From Synechococcales cyanobacterium OTE_75_metabat_409 (lineage in GTDB: Bacteria > Cyanobacteriota > Cyanobacteriia > Cyanobacteriales > Chamaesiphonaceae): a stretch of 64,000 nucleotides of DNA. Shown piece by piece: positions 59,868-64,000 of this stretch. A program made the translations under genes and the position numbers. The DNA lies in the NCBI GenBank assembly GCA_031378405.1, contig JANNEH010000124.1, positions 186 to 64,185 on the forward strand. The letters run 5' to 3'. Numbering within the stretch: the first letter of the stretch is position 1; each line of letters begins with the position of its first letter. The notes under the pieces were generated by a model. The model had not been told where the DNA came from, did no database searches, and saw nothing but the letters and a program-made list of their open reading frames with translations.

Positions 59868-60863
59868 ATGGAACAGTTAAACAACGCTTTCACCCTTTTT
59901 CTCAGCTTACTGGTGGAAGCTATCCCCTTTTTATTATTAGGAGTTTTGCTCTCTGGCATCCTGCTGTTCTTTGTAGACGAGGGTAAACTGGTGCGACTGG
60001 CTCCCAAAAACCCGGTGCTGGGAGCCTTCGCTGGTAGCTGTATCGGCTTTTTGTTGCCAGTGTGCGAATGTGGCAATGTGCCGGTGGCGCGCAGATTAAT
60101 TGTCCAAGGCGTACCCTTACCGGTGGCCGTGGGTTTCTTGCTAGCAGCGCCAGTGATCAACCCGATCGTGATTTGGTCTACCTGGATTGCTTTTCGCGAT
60201 CAGCCAGAAATTTTGTGGTTACGGATCATTTTTTCTTTGCTGATTGCCACTATTATTGGCTGGGTATTTAGTATGCAAGGAGATGTGAAGTCTTTACTGC
60301 AACCTGCTGTCGCCCTAAGCATGGTCAAGCCTTTGCCCATCGAAGATTTGCAAACTCCTACTTTGTTGCGATCGGGTAACTTTATGTTAGGGGGTGGCGA
60401 AAGTTTAGAAGCCAAAATGACTGCTAGTTTGCAGCGCAAACCCAAAATTTCTTGGGCCGAGCGGGGCAACTTGTTGTTAGACAACACCATGCAAGAACTG
60501 CGGGAGCTAGGAGGTATTTTGGTACTGGGCAGTGCCCTAGCCGCCTTGATTCAAACTTTTACGCCGCGCGAGCTAATTCTGGGCTTAGGCCAAGGATCGG
60601 TATCTTCGATTTTGGCAATGATGCTCTTAGCCGGTTTGATTTCGATTTGTTCCACTGTCGATGCCTTTTTTGCCCTGTCTTTTGCCGGTGCTTTTACCAG
60701 TGGTTCGCTACTGGCTTTTTTGGTGTTTGGGCCAATGTTTGATCTCAAAGGCATTGGTTTATTGCTATCGGTGTTTAAGCCCAAGGCGATTTTTTATCTG
60801 TTTGCTTTGGCGGCACAACTGGTATTTTTACTAACTTTGTTTGTGAATTTCAATGTTAATTAA
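59868..60863 (+). CDS. DUF318-type permease (two-component membrane permease, large subunit)
   Basis: 331 aa, polytopic, with a CECGNVPVARRL motif. Confidence 0.7.
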   Translation: MEQLNNAFTLFLSLLVEAIPFLLLGVLLSGILLFFVDEGKLVRLAPKNPVLGAFAGSCIGFLLPVCECGNVPVARRLIVQGVPLPVAVGFLLAAPVINPIVIWSTWIAFRDQPEILWLRIIFSLLIATIIGWVFSMQGDVKSLLQPAVALSMVKPLPIEDLQTPTLLRSGNFMLGGGESLEAKMTASLQRKPKISWAERGNLLLDNTMQELRELGGILVLGSALAALIQTFTPRELILGLGQGSVSSILAMMLLAGLISICSTVDAFFALSFAGAFTSGSLLAFLVFGPMFDLKGIGLLLSVFKPKAIFYLFALAAQLVFLLTLFVNFNVN

Positions 60864-61605
60864 GCGCTTTCTGCAAAGCTTCGATCGAAATTGGCTAGAT
60901 GCGATCGCCGTTACCACTTGGGGTGTATTGCTGTTGAACTACTGGCTGGATGGCTCTTTGAGCATTTTGATTCACCCTAATTACTTTTGGCTGGCAGCAT
61001 TTACTGGTTTTGCCCTGTTGGTTATTGGCTCGCTCAAAGCTTACCTGCTATTTCGTTATCCGGCACGACCCAACAGCGCTGAACACAATAGCCTGTTACC
61101 AGGTAATTGGGCGATCAGCCTGTTGTTAGCCACCGCGATCGCTGGTTTACTAATTACTCCCAAAGTGTTTACTAGCTCCAAAGCCATTCAGGGTGGTGTC
61201 ACCGAAAATGGCAGCATTACCCGCTCTCAGCCGCAATCTTTTCGCAGTCAAACCAAGCCCGAAGAACGATCACTAGTAGATTGGGTTCGCACCTTGAGTG
61301 CCTATCCAGAACCCGATACCTACAGCGGCCAAAAGGCCAACATCAGTGGTTTTGTGGTGAACTCCGAAAAATTAGGCAACCAGTATCTGCTGCTATCGCG
61401 GTTTGTGATTACTTGTTGTGCCGCCGATGTCTACCCGGTATCACTGACAGTGAAACTTCCAGCCAGCCAACAATACCAGACTGATAGCTGGCTACAGATT
61501 CAGGGTAAAATGGCTACCGAAACCTTAGCTAGTAAGCGGCAACTGGTGTTGATTGCCAACAATATCAAGCCGATTCCTACGCCCAGAAATCCTTATGAAT
61601 ATTAG
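60853..61605 (+). CDS. TIGR03943/DUF1980 family permease partner subunit
   Basis: 250 aa with N-terminal TM helices and C-terminal ...RFVITCCAADV.... It overlaps the previous gene by 11 nt. Confidence 0.65.
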   Translation: MLIKRFLQSFDRNWLDAIAVTTWGVLLLNYWLDGSLSILIHPNYFWLAAFTGFALLVIGSLKAYLLFRYPARPNSAEHNSLLPGNWAISLLLATAIAGLLITPKVFTSSKAIQGGVTENGSITRSQPQSFRSQTKPEERSLVDWVRTLSAYPEPDTYSGQKANISGFVVNSEKLGNQYLLLSRFVITCCAADVYPVSLTVKLPASQQYQTDSWLQIQGKMATETLASKRQLVLIANNIKPIPTPRNPYEY

Positions 61606-63094
61606 CTCCACTTCTCGCCTCGATCGAGCAGCGCTCACTTTAATGGGAATCTTGATGGCTTTAACGGTCATTTTGTTGGCGATCGGCGATCGCAGCGCCC
61701 CTTATGTCCGAGAATTTAGCTGGAAAGATCGCCCGGTGGGTGCCGAAGATGCGGCTTTTGCTCTGCGCTTTAGTCGATCGATGGATCGCCCTAAAGTGGA
61801 AGCACAGCTCATGATTAAGCCCGAACCCAGCAGCCCCCAAAGTCAACTGCTGCCGATCGGCCAAGTTTTACCCGGCAAGGTCAGTTGGTCGGGCAAAAAA
61901 ATGTTGTATACCCTCAATTCACCGGTGCCCTATGGCAACAGCTATGAGCTAAGGCTCCAAGATGTAAAAGCAGCCAATAATACTGGAGAAGCGATCGGGC
62001 AAATAATTGCGCCGTTTACTCAGACTTTTGTGGCGCGGGAAAAAATGTTTGGCTATCTGGGCACCGATGGTGCTGAGCGGGGTCGATTAATGATCAAGCG
62101 CTTTAATAGTTCTGCCGATCCATCAGCCGCTGCACCGGTAGCGATCACCCCCCCAGATTATTTGGTAAAAGATTTTCGTTTTACTCCAGCCGGGGATGGT
62201 GTATATTTTTCGGCATTACCAGCCAACGATAGTCAGGCATTGCTTTCTAGTCAAAAAATTTATCGATCGAGCATCAAAAACCCTGCACCCAAGCTGGTTT
62301 TAGACAGCAATGAATATCAAAATATTCGCTTCGACTTATCCACCGATGGCAAAACCCTAGTAGTCCACCGAGTCAGTCTGAAAAATCCCAGTGATTTTGG
62401 CATTTGGGTGATCGATGCCGAGCAGGGAACCATTATGCAGCGCATTAGCCAAGGCGGCAGTTTTATTATTACTCCCGACAGCTCAGCGATCGCCGTATCC
62501 GAAGGCCAGGGAGTGGCCATCAAACCCCTTACTCCCCGCGCTGATCGCACCGATTTTTTGCCCAAGTATGGACAGCTCCTCAGTTTTGCTCCGAATGGCT
62601 CGGCAGCGGCCTTAGAAAAATATAATGACGACTCTAGCCGCGATTTGTTTTTGGTCACTAATCAAGGGGTAGAAAAAAAATTATTAAATGTTAAAGGAGA
62701 AATTCAGGCAACCCAATTTACCGCCGCTGCCCAAACCCTGTATGCGATTGTGGCCGAAACTCCAGCCAATGCTCCCGAAACAGCGCAGTATAGCGCTCAG
62801 CCCTATTTGATGTCGATCGATTTGAAAACTTTTCAAAGCAAACGGCTATTGAAGCTCCATCAGCAACAGGGGATTTCGCTAAGCTTGGCTCCGGATGGTC
62901 GATCGCTGTTATTTGACCAGTTGGTGACCGGGGCTAGTTCAAGCTCCAAACGGCTGACTGCTCCTGATGGGCAAGCGATTCAGCGTGGGATGATTTTGCT
63001 GTTGCCTTTAGTTCAGTCCACTGATCGCGGGAAAGATCCAATTAAGCCCGAGGTACTGCCGATTTCTGGTTACCATCCTCGTTGGGCACCTTAA
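61595..63094 (+). CDS. membrane-anchored hypothetical protein with a beta-propeller-like (TolB-like) C-terminal region
   Basis: 499 aa from the ATG at 61595, with an N-terminal TM anchor. It overlaps the previous gene by 11 nt. Confidence 0.6.
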   Translation: MNISSTSRLDRAALTLMGILMALTVILLAIGDRSAPYVREFSWKDRPVGAEDAAFALRFSRSMDRPKVEAQLMIKPEPSSPQSQLLPIGQVLPGKVSWSGKKMLYTLNSPVPYGNSYELRLQDVKAANNTGEAIGQIIAPFTQTFVAREKMFGYLGTDGAERGRLMIKRFNSSADPSAAAPVAITPPDYLVKDFRFTPAGDGVYFSALPANDSQALLSSQKIYRSSIKNPAPKLVLDSNEYQNIRFDLSTDGKTLVVHRVSLKNPSDFGIWVIDAEQGTIMQRISQGGSFIITPDSSAIAVSEGQGVAIKPLTPRADRTDFLPKYGQLLSFAPNGSAAALEKYNDDSSRDLFLVTNQGVEKKLLNVKGEIQATQFTAAAQTLYAIVAETPANAPETAQYSAQPYLMSIDLKTFQSKRLLKLHQQQGISLSLAPDGRSLLFDQLVTGASSSSKRLTAPDGQAIQRGMILLLPLVQSTDRGKDPIKPEVLPISGYHPRWAP

Positions 63095-63306
63095 ATTGGG
63101 TAGTGAGCTTATTTAGCGAGAGGAGATCCTCTGATATGGCGATCAACCATGAGTTTTTCTGGAAACTCTGATTTCTCGATATGTTCTATGTTTTTAGCTC
63201 ATCTGGGTTAGTATTTCTTTGTGATAAGGTTCAAAAAAGCTGGTACTTAAGGTAACATCTTGAAAAGCATTAAATATTATAAAATCCCAAGCTGAAGGAT
63301 GAATTT

Positions 63307-64000
63307 ATGGAAATTGTCACTTTGACTGCTTTTCTGAGTCCATTTCTCCCGGCTTTGTTAAGGTTGGGTGGCAAGGCGGTTGATAAAGCCACTGAATCGG
63401 CGGCGGGGAAGTTTGGGGAGGCGGCTTTTGCCAAAGCTCAGGCTATTTGGGGGAAGCTGAGTCCGAAGGTGGAGGCGAAGGAAGCTGCCAAGGAGGCGGC
63501 GATCGATGTGGCCAATAATCCTAGTGATCAGGCAAAGTTGGTTCTTGAGGTGCAGTTGGAGAAGTTGCTGGAACAGGATGAGGAGTTGATGAAGGCGATC
63601 GAACAAATTTTCCAAGAAGATGCTAACTATGGCATTGCGAGCAATAAAATTGTGCAAAATGTGGCGGGAAATCAGAACCTGCTAATTAATCAGATTAATC
63701 AGCAGGAATTAAAGAAATTAGTTGATATTTACGGTGGAAAAGATCCCAGGGATATACCCACGTATAGGGTGAGTGAAGCTGCCCGGTATTTGCGGATTCC
63801 GGTGGGAACGGTACGCTCTTGGGTTGCAGGTCGGCGCTATCCCACCACCCAAGGCCACCAATTTTTTGCACCATTGATTCCACTTGCTGATTCTTCACTA
63901 CTTTCATTCGTCAATTTGGTAGAAATTCATGTACTCAGGGCGATTCGCAAACATCATAAAATTCAATTAGACAAGGTGCGTGTAGCTCTGGACTATTTAG
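63307..64000 (+). CDS. partial ORF (open to the window end): helical N-terminal module plus a MerR-like HTH of the DUF433/VapB45-associated type
   Basis: Hand translation: MEIVTLTAFLSPFLPALLRLGGKAVDKATESAAGKFGEAAF...YRVSEAARYLRIPVGTVRSWVAGRRYP...LSFVNLVEIHVLRAIRKHH.... It is absent from the track because it has no stop in the window. Confidence 0.55.
   Translation, partial: MEIVTLTAFLSPFLPALLRLGGKAVDKATESAAGKFGEAAFAKAQAIWGKLSPKVEAKEAAKEAAIDVANNPSDQAKLVLEVQLEKLLEQDEELMKAIEQIFQEDANYGIASNKIVQNVAGNQNLLINQINQQELKKLVDIYGGKDPRDIPTYRVSEAARYLRIPVGTVRSWVAGRRYPTTQGHQFFAPLIPLADSSLLSFVNLVEIHVLRAIRKHHKIQLDKVRVALDYL

Overview
This window is a chromosomal segment of a beta-cyanobacterium. The GCGATCGC/CGATCG (HIP1-type) palindrome is very frequent, and a ccmK-ccmK-ccmK-ccmL-ccmM-ccmN-ccmO carboxysome operon (46.3-51.1 kb, minus strand) lies divergent from ndhF3-ndhD3-cupA (51.7-56.1 kb). 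Most of the window is housekeeping: ribD, tRNA-Cys, ridA, bvdR, ftrC, malic enzyme, birA, rpe, sixA, a GH100 invertase, selO, mazG, gltX, ilvC, lipA, gpsA and thiO. Small accessory patches are interspersed: three Uma2 copies or remnants, a degraded vapC beside an intact antitoxin, an HNH pair, a ParE-type pair, and a PIN/RHH cassette bracketed by 72-bp direct repeats just after cupA.

The most unusual stretch is 29.86-39.23 kb, a same-strand array that is a mosaic in base composition:
- an HExxH protein whose ORF switches from G/T-rich to very AT-rich DNA part-way through;
- an AT-rich segment lacking CGATCG that encodes a polytopic membrane protein and two 279-aa SAM-methyltransferase paralogs;
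- a Liv-type ABC importer with a LivM-LivG fusion and a strikingly C-rich, G-poor coding strand;
- a membrane-anchored P-loop GTPase whose G domain is cut between G3 and G4 by one in-frame TGA that directly abuts an ATG.

I cannot assign this array to any described system. I flag it as the best candidate for something new, but its function is inference only. All calls rest on reading the supplied translations and the sequence by eye; no searches or computations were run.
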